From IMG/VR virus record IMGVR_UViG_3300012210_000001, positions 1 through 58,965 of that record: 58,965 bases of DNA; one strand, given 5' to 3'. Below the pieces are notes generated by a model. It saw only the letters and a list, made by a program, of their open reading frames with translations, was not told the DNA's origin and did not search any database. Made by a program: the position numbers and the translations under genes. The number at the start of each line of letters is the position of its first letter. Positions within the stretch are counted from its first letter, which is position 1. Positions 1 to 9,564 of the stretch are shown here, in pieces. This DNA is from a virus. Its lineage: Duplodnaviria; Caudoviricetes.

Positions 1-123
1 AATGGTCAAGCAAGATTTAATTGGCGTGCCATTAACAGCGCCTACGAGCAGTTTTACATTAACATCCGCAAAAATTAATCCACCGAGTTTAATAGTGGAT
101 GCGACCGATAGTAATGGTAATAA
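1..123. repeat. Direct terminal repeat / circular assembly overlap, copy 1
   Basis: Bases 1-123 (aatggtcaag...ggtaataa) are identical to 58843-58965. Confidence 0.97.
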
Positions 124-214
124 GTTGTATTTATATTTTCTATCGCCTAATCCGAGTGATTGGGTCATTGTTGGATTCTATAATTATGTAGGCTTTGACG
201 TGGGAATAGCATAA
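2..214 (+). CDS. 3' part of the junction-spanning virion-module gene
   Basis: ORF track; continuation of the 58664 ORF. Confidence 0.75.
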   Translation: MVKQDLIGVPLTAPTSSFTLTSAKINPPSLIVDATDSNGNKLYLYFLSPNPSDWVIVGFYNYVGFDVGIA

Positions 215-387
215 TGCGTTATTTTATCAACCCAATGAATCAACCATTAGGCCAGAATTTATTTTGTGGATTCTTCAATAATGGAGAAGTGCCTTTACCA
301 CCATCGGGTTCTTCTTACTTTATTACTGAAGACTCCAGTGATTATTTTATAACGGAAGATGGATTAAATAATTTTATAACTGAATAA
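214..387 (+). CDS. Small tail-associated protein (57 aa), not in the ORF track
   Basis: Hand translation gives MRYFINPMNQPLGQNLFCG...YFITEDSSDYFITEDGLNNFITE*. Stop and start overlap as TAATG; three FITE repeats. Confidence 0.65.
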   Translation: MRYFINPMNQPLGQNLFCGFFNNGEVPLPPSGSSYFITEDSSDYFITEDGLNNFITE

Positions 388-396
388 GAGGTTTTT

Positions 397-3363
397 ATGC
401 CTGGTGAAATCAAATTTACACAATTACCTACGGGTAGCGCTATTACGGATGCAGATATATTCCCTTCCGTTCAATCAGGAGTTAGTGTCAAGCAACCCGG
501 TTCTGCAATAACCACTTATGCGCAAACTAAGATTACATTGCAAAATGCCTATAATGTCTCTTCACCTAAAGAAATAAAGTTTGGGTTGGGATCGGGTTTA
601 GCTTTTGTTAACTCTACCGATGATAATGTATTCATTATTTCGGATACTGCAACATCTTGCTTAGAACCATTTGTGGTATCAAAAACGGGGACGGATGGAA
701 TATCAGTCATTCAAACAACCGATCCTGATTCCACGGTATTTGAAGTAAAAAGCACTACCTATGGCAGCATTTCAGAACCCGTCATGTCTGAAATTCAAAG
801 AAATGTCATTGATATCAGTGGCACTCCTATTGGACTGGGTGTTTTTACGAATACTACTAAGACCCGAGATTATTATGATGGTACCTCCTGGCAAAAAATA
901 TTAAACACACAAAACGTCAGTGGGAGCGGCACTGTTACGGTCACTGATAATGGAGATGGCACTATTGATGTTTTTGGATCGGGAGGATCAACTACTCCCG
1001 CAGCTTCATTTGCCGCTTATTCGGTTATCAATAACTCGGCTCCCCGTCCGGCAACTACAGCATTCGGCGCTGTGCCAATCAGTTCTGGTTTCACTGATGT
1101 TAGTGACCAGAATTTCACGAGCCAGACAATGACAATTGCTGGCGTGAATACAGTGGGATCTACCTATACTGGGACTGATACGAATAATTTTCAAGTTAAT
1201 CAGTCGTGTGTATTGCGATCAACAGATACTCTTTTTAGAGAATATTATTATGCAATTGCTATTTTACGAGTGGGTGGATCAATAGAGACTACACTATTCC
1301 AGGGATATACTAATACTAATCAAACAATTTTATTCCCAGCCGCAGTGAGTTTAAATGGGATAGTTACACTATCCACTGGCGATACTGTATTTACTCAAAT
1401 AGTGTCGTTTAATAGTTCTGCAAATTCGCCAACCTATACGATTACGTCAGAAGTTTCTAGTATCGCCGGAACCGCTATTCCGACTTTTCAGGAAATTTAC
1501 GATAATGATCCCGAATACCCCGCGTCAGAAGTTAATTTGGCAACCAACGGTAGTATTCAATTTAATTATGGCTCTGACGTTTCTTTCGGGGCAGGATTAA
1601 ATGGGATAGCCAGTACATTGGGATTGCGTCTTTTACCATCAAATGGGATTGAATCAATTGAAGCTTTGGTAACGGATGATCCCACAACCGCTATATTTAC
1701 AGTAGTATCTACAATTCGCGGATCAAAACCGTTGCCGGACATGACGACAGCACAGCGTGACCTTATCTCAGGATCAAAACCAGTAGCGCTGGGTATCTAT
1801 GACATCTCTATAAATACTCCTCAGTTTTGGACTACCGATAATACTTGGATAAGCATGATCAATGATCAATATGCTCAAACCATCGGTGGTGTTAAAACAT
1901 TTTCGAGCAATATCATTGGCAATTTAACGGGTAATGCTTCCACAGCCACCAGCGCGACAAATGCCACTAATGCCGCCACAGTTTCGACTTCCACAAATGC
2001 ATCATTTTTTCCGATATTTGTCGCATCATCGAGTAACAGTAATCAGCCGTTCAACCTCGGCACTGGACTGAATTTTAATCCAAGTACGAATAATTTAACG
2101 ACTACTACTTTTACAGGCGCATTATCTGGTAATGCTTCGTCAGCAACTATCTTACAGACCGCACGGGCTATTAATGGTGTCAGTTTCAACGGGAGTGCCG
2201 ATATAACTATTACAGCGGTACCGGGAGGTTCGGCCAGCGGCGATTTATCGGGCACGTATCCTTCCCCCACCGTTGCAAAAATAAATGGTGTAACGCTCGG
2301 TAGTACAACAGCGACTTCGGGCAATCTACTGATCGGTTCCGGTACTCAGTGGGTAACGAATGCAATGAGCGGAAATGTAACCATAAATTCTACAGGTGTT
2401 ACTACCATTGGGGCTAGCCAGGTCACTAATTCAATGCTGGCAGGTAGTATTGACCTTACTTCCAAAGTGACAAACGATTTGCCATTTTCAAACGGCGGAT
2501 TCGGTTTTCATACGGCAACCACAGGGGATATTTTCTATGCTTCTGGGACCAATACACCAAATAAACTAGCGGATGTTGCTACAGGACAGGTTTTAGTCTC
2601 CGGTGGTGTTGGTGTTGTCCCCGCCTATTCCGCAACGCCCACATTAACTTCTTTAACATTGCCAAATGGGCAAGGATTAGTGTTGGGCGCTACTACTGCT
2701 AATCAATTAACTATTACTTCAGCGAGTGGTGCTGGAAATCGTGCGGATATTGTATTGAATAGAAATGACTTCACGAATGGAAATTGTCGGTTCTTCTTTC
2801 AAACAGCCACCACAAATGAATGGTCAAACGGAATGCGTGGCGGCAGTGGCGACTATCAAATTTTTGATGAAGTGAACGCTGTAACTCAATTAAGAATGAC
2901 ACAAGCTTCGGGAACCACTGCGGTTTCTACTTTCGCTGGGCAAGTAATAATTAATGGCCTGGGAGGAGTAAATTCACTTGTCGCAACGAATGCGAGTAAA
3001 CAATTAACGACTACGGTATCTGGAATTTCTCCCACTTTTACTGCACTAACCCTATCTACGGGCGATCTAACAGTCACGGGTGGCAATATATTGATTGGTA
3101 CGGCTGCGAAATCACTTTCATATAAGAGCGGCGCAAACGGATGCACAGGCACTTCTACTTTAGTAGCCGGAACCGTTTCCGTGTCCACGACAGCCGTAGC
3201 CGCAACCGATCTTATTCAGGTAATGGTTACATTAGTTGGTGGCACGCAAGGCATTATTTCGGTGCCTTCGGCCTCAATTTCCGCAGGTTCTGGATTTACA
3301 ATAAATTCATCTTTAATAGCTGACACATCGACAGTGAAATGGTGGCTATTAAAAGTAGCTTAA
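397..3363 (+). CDS. Tail fibre / receptor-binding protein
   Basis: 988 aa, rich in T/S/G. Contains the fibre motif TARAINGVSFNGSADITI and two internal repeats (M-[S/T]-xx-QR...W). Lies in the tail module. Confidence 0.8.
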   Translation: MPGEIKFTQLPTGSAITDADIFPSVQSGVSVKQPGSAITTYAQTKITLQNAYNVSSPKEIKFGLGSGLAFVNSTDDNVFIISDTATSCLEPFVVSKTGTDGISVIQTTDPDSTVFEVKSTTYGSISEPVMSEIQRNVIDISGTPIGLGVFTNTTKTRDYYDGTSWQKILNTQNVSGSGTVTVTDNGDGTIDVFGSGGSTTPAASFAAYSVINNSAPRPATTAFGAVPISSGFTDVSDQNFTSQTMTIAGVNTVGSTYTGTDTNNFQVNQSCVLRSTDTLFREYYYAIAILRVGGSIETTLFQGYTNTNQTILFPAAVSLNGIVTLSTGDTVFTQIVSFNSSANSPTYTITSEVSSIAGTAIPTFQEIYDNDPEYPASEVNLATNGSIQFNYGSDVSFGAGLNGIASTLGLRLLPSNGIESIEALVTDDPTTAIFTVVSTIRGSKPLPDMTTAQRDLISGSKPVALGIYDISINTPQFWTTDNTWISMINDQYAQTIGGVKTFSSNIIGNLTGNASTATSATNATNAATVSTSTNASFFPIFVASSSNSNQPFNLGTGLNFNPSTNNLTTTTFTGALSGNASSATILQTARAINGVSFNGSADITITAVPGGSASGDLSGTYPSPTVAKINGVTLGSTTATSGNLLIGSGTQWVTNAMSGNVTINSTGVTTIGASQVTNSMLAGSIDLTSKVTNDLPFSNGGFGFHTATTGDIFYASGTNTPNKLADVATGQVLVSGGVGVVPAYSATPTLTSLTLPNGQGLVLGATTANQLTITSASGAGNRADIVLNRNDFTNGNCRFFFQTATTNEWSNGMRGGSGDYQIFDEVNAVTQLRMTQASGTTAVSTFAGQVIINGLGGVNSLVATNASKQLTTTVSGISPTFTALTLSTGDLTVTGGNILIGTAAKSLSYKSGANGCTGTSTLVAGTVSVSTTAVAATDLIQVMVTLVGGTQGIISVPSASISAGSGFTINSSLIADTSTVKWWLLKVA

Positions 3364-3385
3364 TTAAATTATAGGAGACAATAGT

Positions 3386-3826
3386 ATGACAATTAGATGG
3401 GTAGAAGGTGCGCCACGATTTTTACAAGGGCAATATGCACCGACAACTACAGAGGCGAGTGCGAATAAGGGTGCTTTTGATTTTGGCGCATTACAATTTT
3501 TCTGGGATAGGCTCAATAGTAATGTTTATTTTTTACAATTCATGGATGGCGATAATATTCAAACATGGGCTAATTATCCGCAAGATTTAGACTCACTGGG
3601 AATAATAAGTTTCTTAACACTGATAGTCCCGTATAACGATAATTATGTGCGATGGGCAGTTTCAGACTATGACCCCACTTCAAATGAGGATATTGCGGAT
3701 AAATTTTTTGACGGCGAATTTGGCATATTATTTTGGAATCAGCCCAACGGCAAACTTTTCAAAATGACTGCTTATGAGCCAAATCCTGATGGGGGTTATA
3801 TTCAAACGTGGACACAAATTATATAG
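3386..3826 (+). CDS. Hypothetical tail-module protein with internal duplication
   Basis: Two FG..FW...IQTW repeats; GGAG RBS. Confidence 0.6.
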   Translation: MTIRWVEGAPRFLQGQYAPTTTEASANKGAFDFGALQFFWDRLNSNVYFLQFMDGDNIQTWANYPQDLDSLGIISFLTLIVPYNDNYVRWAVSDYDPTSNEDIADKFFDGEFGILFWNQPNGKLFKMTAYEPNPDGGYIQTWTQII

Positions 3827-3835
3827 GAGCAGTCT

Positions 3836-4033
3836 ATGAAACAAGTATTAAGCAATCCAATTATGGTCAATGTTGAATTAAATTTAATTCAAGATATTGT
3901 CAAAATTATCGGTCAGGCTATTCATAATAAGTTTTGTCATGATGATATTGACGCAGTTAAGCATACATTAATTAATAAAGCGCAACAAGCGATTCAAGCG
4001 CATCAGAATAATTCTGATGTTCCAGCACAGTAA
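3836..4033 (+). CDS. Hypothetical protein (possible fibre chaperone)
   Basis: AGGAG RBS; position after the fibre genes. Confidence 0.55.
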   Translation: MKQVLSNPIMVNVELNLIQDIVKIIGQAIHNKFCHDDIDAVKHTLINKAQQAIQAHQNNSDVPAQ

Positions 4034-4053
4034 TTTTTACAGGAGAAAATAGT

Positions 4054-4938
4054 ATGGCAATTTTATCTTATCAGCCTAATTTTGTAGGCGAAACCGATGT
4101 TAAGCCTCGATTAGTACGGTTAGTAGTGAATGATAGTTATGCTACATTGACGACAGCCGGATATTTAACATCATTCTTAATGAGTTCTGAACCTTTAGAA
4201 CCTACGGACTATATATTTGCAACCTACGGTGCTGATTCAACTTCTCATGCGATCTTAACACCATCTATCAGCAATGGCGTAGTCACTTTAATACCTCTAC
4301 CCATTAGTTCAGGCGATGTCTTATTGCCCGTCCTTGCGAATCATCTGGCTGTATTTACGAATACGGCAGGTCAGGTTGGCGATCCTTCAGCGACCGCTAT
4401 TCACGGTGGTAATCTTCAAGCAGGACTATCCGGTACCGCAGGTTATGTGGCTTCATTCCCTGCAACAGCCGCTAAGGGAAGCTTACATTTAACAGGGGTA
4501 GCCAACACAGGCGACACTATCACCACTATTAGCAATGCTGCGATGGGTCAAGCCAGTGTGATTTCGATTCCTGATCCAGCGGGTGCCACGGCTGATTTTG
4601 TGATCGCTCCCGCTGCTTTGGTCAATAATAACTTAGTGAAAGCAAGTGGTACAACCGGATTGGTTGCTGATACGGGTATTGCTGCTGCTGCCGTCCAACT
4701 ATCCGCTAATATTAAGTCAAATGTTTTAAGTTATGGTGGGGGTGGTACGGGGCCTTCTTTCACGATTGCGGGTCTTACAACATCCAGCATTATTTTAACT
4801 CAAATCGCTTCTTCGACTAATGTGGTTGTTATTGATAGTGCCAAAGTGACCGCTCCAGATACGCTCACACTTAATTTCAGTGCTGATCCAGGAGCAGCTA
4901 CTACAGTCAATTATATAGCGTTTGTGGTTCCACAATAA
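4054..4938 (+). CDS. Virion structural protein (decoration or fibre-like)
   Basis: A/T/G-rich beta-type composition; AGGAG RBS; located in the structural module. Confidence 0.6.
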   Translation: MAILSYQPNFVGETDVKPRLVRLVVNDSYATLTTAGYLTSFLMSSEPLEPTDYIFATYGADSTSHAILTPSISNGVVTLIPLPISSGDVLLPVLANHLAVFTNTAGQVGDPSATAIHGGNLQAGLSGTAGYVASFPATAAKGSLHLTGVANTGDTITTISNAAMGQASVISIPDPAGATADFVIAPAALVNNNLVKASGTTGLVADTGIAAAAVQLSANIKSNVLSYGGGGTGPSFTIAGLTTSSIILTQIASSTNVVVIDSAKVTAPDTLTLNFSADPGAATTVNYIAFVVPQ

Positions 4939-4947
4939 GAGGTTTTT

Positions 4948-5088
4948 ATGCCCCTTAAAAAAGGAAAAAGCCGTAAAGTCATTAATGATAATACGAAAGA
5001 AATGATTCAGGCTGGATATCGGCCTGATCAAGCTTATGCCGCGTCTATGCAAAAGGCGGGTAAAAGCAAAAAGAAAAAGAAAAAGTAA
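4948..5088 (+). CDS. Small basic phage protein of the MPLKKGKS type (46 aa), not in the ORF track
   Basis: Hand translation MPLKKGKSRKVINDNTKEMIQAGYRPDQAYAASMQKAGKSKKKKKK*; GAGG RBS; resembles a common phage family. Confidence 0.75.
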   Translation: MPLKKGKSRKVINDNTKEMIQAGYRPDQAYAASMQKAGKSKKKKKK

Positions 5089-5119
5089 TTTTTCTTTGTT
5101 TTTAAACCTATAGGAGAAA

Positions 5120-5551
5120 ATGAATATGTCTATTGCTGAATTTGGATTTGGGTTATTAGACCCATCTGCCTTGACTACGGGACTCAGTATTGCTGCTGTA
5201 AGCGGAGTGACTGGTCCATCATTAACCGGATTGCAGATCATCAAGACCAACTCGAATGTACACAATAACTTTGTGGAAATTTTGGGTACTCTATCCTTTA
5301 CAGCAACCGCTGCAACGGCAGTCCTGGATATTACCGTACCGAATGCCACGACCGATGTATTTGCCGATGCTGCTCAAGTGCAGGGTGTAGCGAATGTATT
5401 GACAGGTACGGGTTTAGGTAACTTGACCGTCTTAGTTACTACAGCCGCTACCCGGAATATTCGGGCTACCTTTGCATTAGGTAGTGGTGCGGGTGTTTAT
5501 ACGATTAATTTTGCATTTACGTTTCAAATTAATCAAGCCTTGACTCCATAA
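5120..5551 (+). CDS. Putative virion structural protein
   Basis: AGGAG RBS; T/A/G-rich. Confidence 0.55.
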   Translation: MNMSIAEFGFGLLDPSALTTGLSIAAVSGVTGPSLTGLQIIKTNSNVHNNFVEILGTLSFTATAATAVLDITVPNATTDVFADAAQVQGVANVLTGTGLGNLTVLVTTAATRNIRATFALGSGAGVYTINFAFTFQINQALTP

Positions 5552-5568
5552 TCCTGATAACACATGTT

Positions 5569-5591
5569 AGGGCGTAGTCTATATACGCCCT
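5569..5591 (+). terminator. Hairpin ending the structural operon
   Basis: agggcgta-gtctata-tacgccct, an 8-bp stem with a weak U tail. Confidence 0.45.
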
Positions 5592-5653
5592 TAAGTGTAG
5601 GAAAAATATGAATAATAGTGTAATATGTAGACTATAGACAGGACTTCTGTAAT

Positions 5654-5938
5654 ATGATACAAGATGCATATATTAATCATAAAGAAGGCAACGAATGTAT
5701 GAACAATGTCTCTATAGCTGACATAGCCAGTTTTGTCTCAATAGGTATTGCGGTTGGGAGCGTTATTTATTGGGGTGGTGGTTTGGAAAAAAGAGTAAGG
5801 GCCATTGAGAGTTGGAAGAATAACATTGATTCTCAATTAGCGCGTATAGAGAATAAGATTGACTTATCGACCACACAAACTACAGCACGTATTGATCAAT
5901 GTCAGCAGAGCCTATTGGACGCGATAATGAAGCGATAA
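5654..5938 (+). CDS. Single-TM + coiled-coil membrane protein (possible holin-like)
   Basis: Hydrophobic segment IADIASFVSIGIAVGSVIYWGG followed by a coiled coil. Confidence 0.4.
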   Translation: MIQDAYINHKEGNECMNNVSIADIASFVSIGIAVGSVIYWGGGLEKRVRAIESWKNNIDSQLARIENKIDLSTTQTTARIDQCQQSLLDAIMKR

Positions 5939-6176
5939 GTGCCGCTTTATGAACTGAAAAGTTTTTCTTTGCCGTGAGAATACTGGCTTGTAATTCTTTG
6001 AGCCGTTGTTCTCTGTTTCTATCGCGGGTTTTTAATTCCCGCATCTTCTTGAGTATATTCTGCTCATGTGCAAAATAAATCTGCTTGGCAATTTCTAATT
6101 CCGATATAATATTTTTTTTAGTCATATCTCAATACTACTTTATTTCTGTATATAAATCAAGTAGAATGTTCATTTT

Positions 6177-6249
6177 GCCGCTTTAGCTCAGTAGGTAGAA
6201 CAATTGCCTTGTAAGTAATTGGTCATCCGTTCGATTCGGATAGGCGGCT
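6177..6249 (+). tRNA. tRNA-Thr(TGT)
   Basis: Acceptor GCCGCTT/AGGCGGC, anticodon loop CTTGTAA, T-loop TTCGATT, U73. No encoded CCA; one C11-A24 mismatch in the D stem. Confidence 0.92.
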
Positions 6250-6267
6250 TTGAATGGAGAGAGAGAT

Positions 6268-7491
6268 ATGCACATTTTACCGAAATCGTCCCATGCTAAA
6301 CACATCATTAAAGCGTGGATTGATAATGTTCCGATAGATAATAAAGCGATTGAACAGCTTAATAATGTGGCTAGTCTGCCCTTTATTCACAAGCATATTG
6401 CGGTTATGCCCGATGTGCATTGGGGTATGGGGGCAACGGTGGGCAGCGTGATTCCTACTATTGGGGCAGTAGTTCCAGCAGCGGTAGGGGTTGATGTAGG
6501 ATGCGGCATGATTGCTGTCAAACTCACTTTACAAGCCTCTCAATTACCCGATAATCTGCATAATTTACGATGCGCTATTGAAGCGGCCATTCCGCATGGA
6601 CGTACCGATAATGGTGGCGTAAATGATAAGGGGGCGCGCAGCAAGCCTATTTGCGGAGAGAGTAACTCTGAATTAATACCTGATCTAGACTTAATTTTAG
6701 AAAAACATTCCTATCTTCATAAATGGAATACTGAGCGTGCATTTAGACACATGGGGACATTAGGGGGCGGCAATCATTTTATCGAATTGTGTTTAGATGA
6801 AAATCAAAACGTATGGCTTATGTTGCATTCGGGTTCACGGGGTATTGGCAATGCGCTGGGTTCTTATTTTATTGAACGTGCTAAAAAAGATATGCAGCGA
6901 TGGTTTATTAATTTACCGGATGAAGATTTAGCTTATATTCCTGAAGGCTCCGACTTATTCAATGACTATATTGAAGCCATCACATGGGCGCAGTTATATG
7001 CTGCTGCCAATCGAAAAACAATGCTTCATTATACTATGTTGGCAATTAAAGATGAACTCAATATTCACTGCTCCATAGTTGAGATGCCTATTATTAATTG
7101 CCATCATAACTATGTGACCAAAGAAAATCATTTTGGCAAGAATGTTTGGATTACCCGTAAAGGGGCCGTGCGCGCTCGCCTCGGCGATTTTGGTATAATT
7201 CCGGGGTCTATGGGCGCTAAAAGCTTTATTGTTAAAGGATTGGGAAATCCTGATTCTTTTCACAGTTGTTCTCACGGTGCTGGTCGGGTCATGAGCCGTA
7301 CCCAAGCCATTCGAGAGGTTAGCATGGAGCAGCATTTACTCGACACAATGGGAGTGGAATGTCGAAAAGATGCAAGTGTTTTAGATGAAACACCCAGAGC
7401 TTACAAAGATATTGAGGCTGTAATGGCGGCTCAAGCGGATTTGGTGGAGATAGTCCATACTTTAAAACAAATCCTTTGTATTAAAGGATAG
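6268..7491 (+). CDS. rtcB: RtcB family RNA ligase (tRNA repair)
   Basis: Motifs MPDVHWG, VGVDVGCG, GTLGGGNHFIE, LHSGSRG, HHNY, PGSMG, SHGAGR, DETPRAYK and C-terminal KG. ATG 6268 follows a GGAG RBS. Confidence 0.96.
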   Translation: MHILPKSSHAKHIIKAWIDNVPIDNKAIEQLNNVASLPFIHKHIAVMPDVHWGMGATVGSVIPTIGAVVPAAVGVDVGCGMIAVKLTLQASQLPDNLHNLRCAIEAAIPHGRTDNGGVNDKGARSKPICGESNSELIPDLDLILEKHSYLHKWNTERAFRHMGTLGGGNHFIELCLDENQNVWLMLHSGSRGIGNALGSYFIERAKKDMQRWFINLPDEDLAYIPEGSDLFNDYIEAITWAQLYAAANRKTMLHYTMLAIKDELNIHCSIVEMPIINCHHNYVTKENHFGKNVWITRKGAVRARLGDFGIIPGSMGAKSFIVKGLGNPDSFHSCSHGAGRVMSRTQAIREVSMEQHLLDTMGVECRKDASVLDETPRAYKDIEAVMAAQADLVEIVHTLKQILCIKG

Positions 7492-7518
7492 TATTTTTAT
7501 TAACATGAGGAGATTAGA

Positions 7519-8070
7519 ATGAAAAAAAGTATTATTACGGATGCTTTGGAATGGTTGGGTAAGATTATTCCAGACCACATACTCGTCAAAAGGGATGCAA
7601 TTCACTTAGCCGTTGAGCCAATGGTTGCTCAACAAGAATTACTTCCAGGACAAATCTATTATGTCGATGATAAGAAAGTGGGCATAGTTGATCCTTTCCT
7701 TGAAAATGCCGTTTCAATAGGACAGAAATTTTTACTGGTGCTTTTTCCGGGTGAAGTCTCTGTATTACGCCATGATTGGGAGCATCCTTTACTACCGAAG
7801 AATAAAGAAGATACCGAGATACTTGATCAAAAAGAAATATCCATTCTATGGATGAAACGATTTGCTATAGAGAATGGCTATTATGAAGAAGATATGGATG
7901 ATTATACTCATATTATAGAGAAGATATGTGAATTTTTAGATGGTGAAATAGACTGTATTGTTAATGGCGAGTGGGATATTACCGATACATTCTGGTATCA
8001 TTTCGAGATCATTACTGGCCGAAAGATCAAGGATGATGATCGGATTTACAATTTTCCATGCACATGTTAA
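7519..8070 (+). CDS. Conserved phage hypothetical protein
   Basis: Motifs RDAIHLAV, GIVDPFL, LRHDWEHP; strong RBS. Confidence 0.7.
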   Translation: MKKSIITDALEWLGKIIPDHILVKRDAIHLAVEPMVAQQELLPGQIYYVDDKKVGIVDPFLENAVSIGQKFLLVLFPGEVSVLRHDWEHPLLPKNKEDTEILDQKEISILWMKRFAIENGYYEEDMDDYTHIIEKICEFLDGEIDCIVNGEWDITDTFWYHFEIITGRKIKDDDRIYNFPCTC

Positions 8071-8423
8071 ACTATACTATACCCTGGGCATAGTGACTAT
8101 CAAGATTGAAACCGAAGAAGTGACAACGTTTTGCTCCGCTTCGAGGATTATAGAATGATTGAACATCAATGGGCAGATTATGAAGCCTACGAAGAACATC
8201 AAAACCCAAGCAGTGCAGAACGGTGTTATGATAACAATCCGATCAGTGTAGCAGAAAGTCATATTGAAGAGCTGGCACTTACGGGTCAATTGGATGACGT
8301 ATATGAAGACGATCAGTATATTTGCATTGTCACGAATAGAGACACCGGTGCAATTAATCGGATTGAAGTAACGCTATCGCTGGAGCATGTGACTGAGTAT
8401 CACGGTGAAGGGAAGCTTTTACT

Positions 8424-8633
8424 ATGAACAAGCATTGCAGCTATTGTGATAAAGTAGATGAGCTTAGACCTTATGGAAAAAACGCTGCACTAATATGCTT
8501 TGATTGCGGAATGCTTACAGAACATATATCGGAAACTGAGCAACAGTTTTCCTCTCAAATAGATGCGTGCATGGGGTTAACGATCATTGGCGAAGAGTCA
8601 GGGCCTAGGCCCTTCAAAACGGGTAATAACTAA
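8424..8633 (+). CDS. Small Zn-binding hypothetical protein
   Basis: CxxC...ELRPYG...ICxxC. Confidence 0.6.
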   Translation: MNKHCSYCDKVDELRPYGKNAALICFDCGMLTEHISETEQQFSSQIDACMGLTIIGEESGPRPFKTGNN

Positions 8634-8634
8634 A

Positions 8635-8667
8635 ATGAATCGCAAAATCCTTTGCGTAAAAGGGTGA
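8635..8667 (+). pseudogene. Remnant copy of the rtcB 3' end
   Basis: Translates to MNRKILCVKG*, versus RtcB end KQILCIKG*. DNA aaatcctttgcgtaaaagggtga versus aaatcctttgtattaaaggatag. Confidence 0.6.
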
Positions 8668-8689
8668 ACTGTTGCATAATATGCATTAT

Positions 8690-8763
8690 CTGGGCATAGC
8701 GTAGTCTGGTAGCGCAGGGCGTTTGGAACGCTCAGGTCGGTGGTTCAAATCCATCTGCCCAGA
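8690..8763 (+). tRNA. tRNA-Pro(TGG)
   Basis: Acceptor CTGGGCA/TGCCCAG, anticodon arm GGGCG-TTTGGAA-CGCTC, T-loop TTCAAAT, A73. Confidence 0.92.
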
Positions 8764-8774
8764 ATGAGTCCTTT

Positions 8775-8965
8775 ACCTATCGGTTCTGGATCAATCGAGG
8801 TTTATAGGCTGAACCAGCGTAGCGAATCAGCCTAATGAGCGCTAGGTTGTGCAGTCCACCCTCCGATTAAAAACTCGGTTAGAGTAGGCCACGAAAAACT
8901 GCTTCATAGGCTAATTTATTGACTGGTGTCGAATTCACTGGTACTTAAGCAATAGATTGGCCTAT
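8775..8965 (+). ncRNA. Candidate structured RNA downstream of tRNA-Pro
   Basis: Several stems: taggctga/tcagccta, gcagt/actgc, and 16-bp ataggctaatttattg/caatagattggcctat. Possible pseudoknot; no ORF. Confidence 0.45.
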
Positions 8966-8970
8966 CGAAT

Positions 8971-9564
8971 TTAATATATTGGCATATAGAACATAAATTG
9001 TCTCTTCTTAAGCCCATACAAAGGACTAGCCTTCCCTACTTCTAGTTCGCTATATCCCGGTGGGATTGGCTTAAAATATCCTGCTGCCTTTGCCGCAGCA
9101 CCGCTGTTAAAAACACCGCAGACAGTGAGTATTTTAGAAATGGGTTCAGTGCTTTTAATAATGAGAATCGGGAATGGATAGCCTATGGATTTTGGTTCAA
9201 TGGGAGTGCGTGCTATAGGAAAAGGATGGTTTATTGAATCTTTATCATAAATCTGTTTTGTATAGACTTCCGCTTCACACATAGCTAGGAGATCATATAG
9301 CATTGTATCGGCAGACAAAATCCAGATTCTATCATCACTTAATAGATATTTATTCCTTTCGGAAAGCGCATCTTCTAAATAAATAATTTTCAATCGCCTA
9401 TGACTATAGGAATCATCTTTTAGAATATAGTCCACACCATGCGTTGGTATAGCTTCTTTCTCTAATAAATATTCATAAATATGATTCTTATTAAATCCGC
9501 CAGCATATTTATAAGAATAGTTTATTGGATAATGAATAGCGCTATCCATCTTACAAGCATTCAT
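8971..9564 (-). CDS. Hypothetical protein with a possible C-terminal S4-like helical motif
   Basis: ILTVCGVFNSGAAAK...IPPGYSELEVGK resembles TyrRS/S4-type C-termini (recognised by eye). Confidence 0.45.
   Translation of the reverse strand: MNACKMDSAIHYPINYSYKYAGGFNKNHIYEYLLEKEAIPTHGVDYILKDDSYSHRRLKIIYLEDALSERNKYLLSDDRIWILSADTMLYDLLAMCEAEVYTKQIYDKDSINHPFPIARTPIEPKSIGYPFPILIIKSTEPISKILTVCGVFNSGAAAKAAGYFKPIPPGYSELEVGKASPLYGLKKRQFMFYMPIY

Noticed and set aside
1-123. Biological terminal repeat of the virion DNA
   Set aside because: The repeat falls inside a gene and is exact, so an assembly overlap of a circularly permuted genome is more likely. Reads are needed to decide.
397-3363. Diversity-generating retroelement target
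   Set aside because: No reverse transcriptase gene, and I saw no TR/VR repeat pair.
8764-8830. HDV-like theta ribozyme at the tRNA 3' end
   Set aside because: I could not build the nested double pseudoknot starting at the tRNA end by eye. A descriptor search is needed to exclude it fully.
8830-8902. Hammerhead ribozyme (CTAATGAG ... CGAAA)
   Set aside because: The core lacks the conserved G of CUGANGA, and GAAA does not directly follow the candidate stem II.
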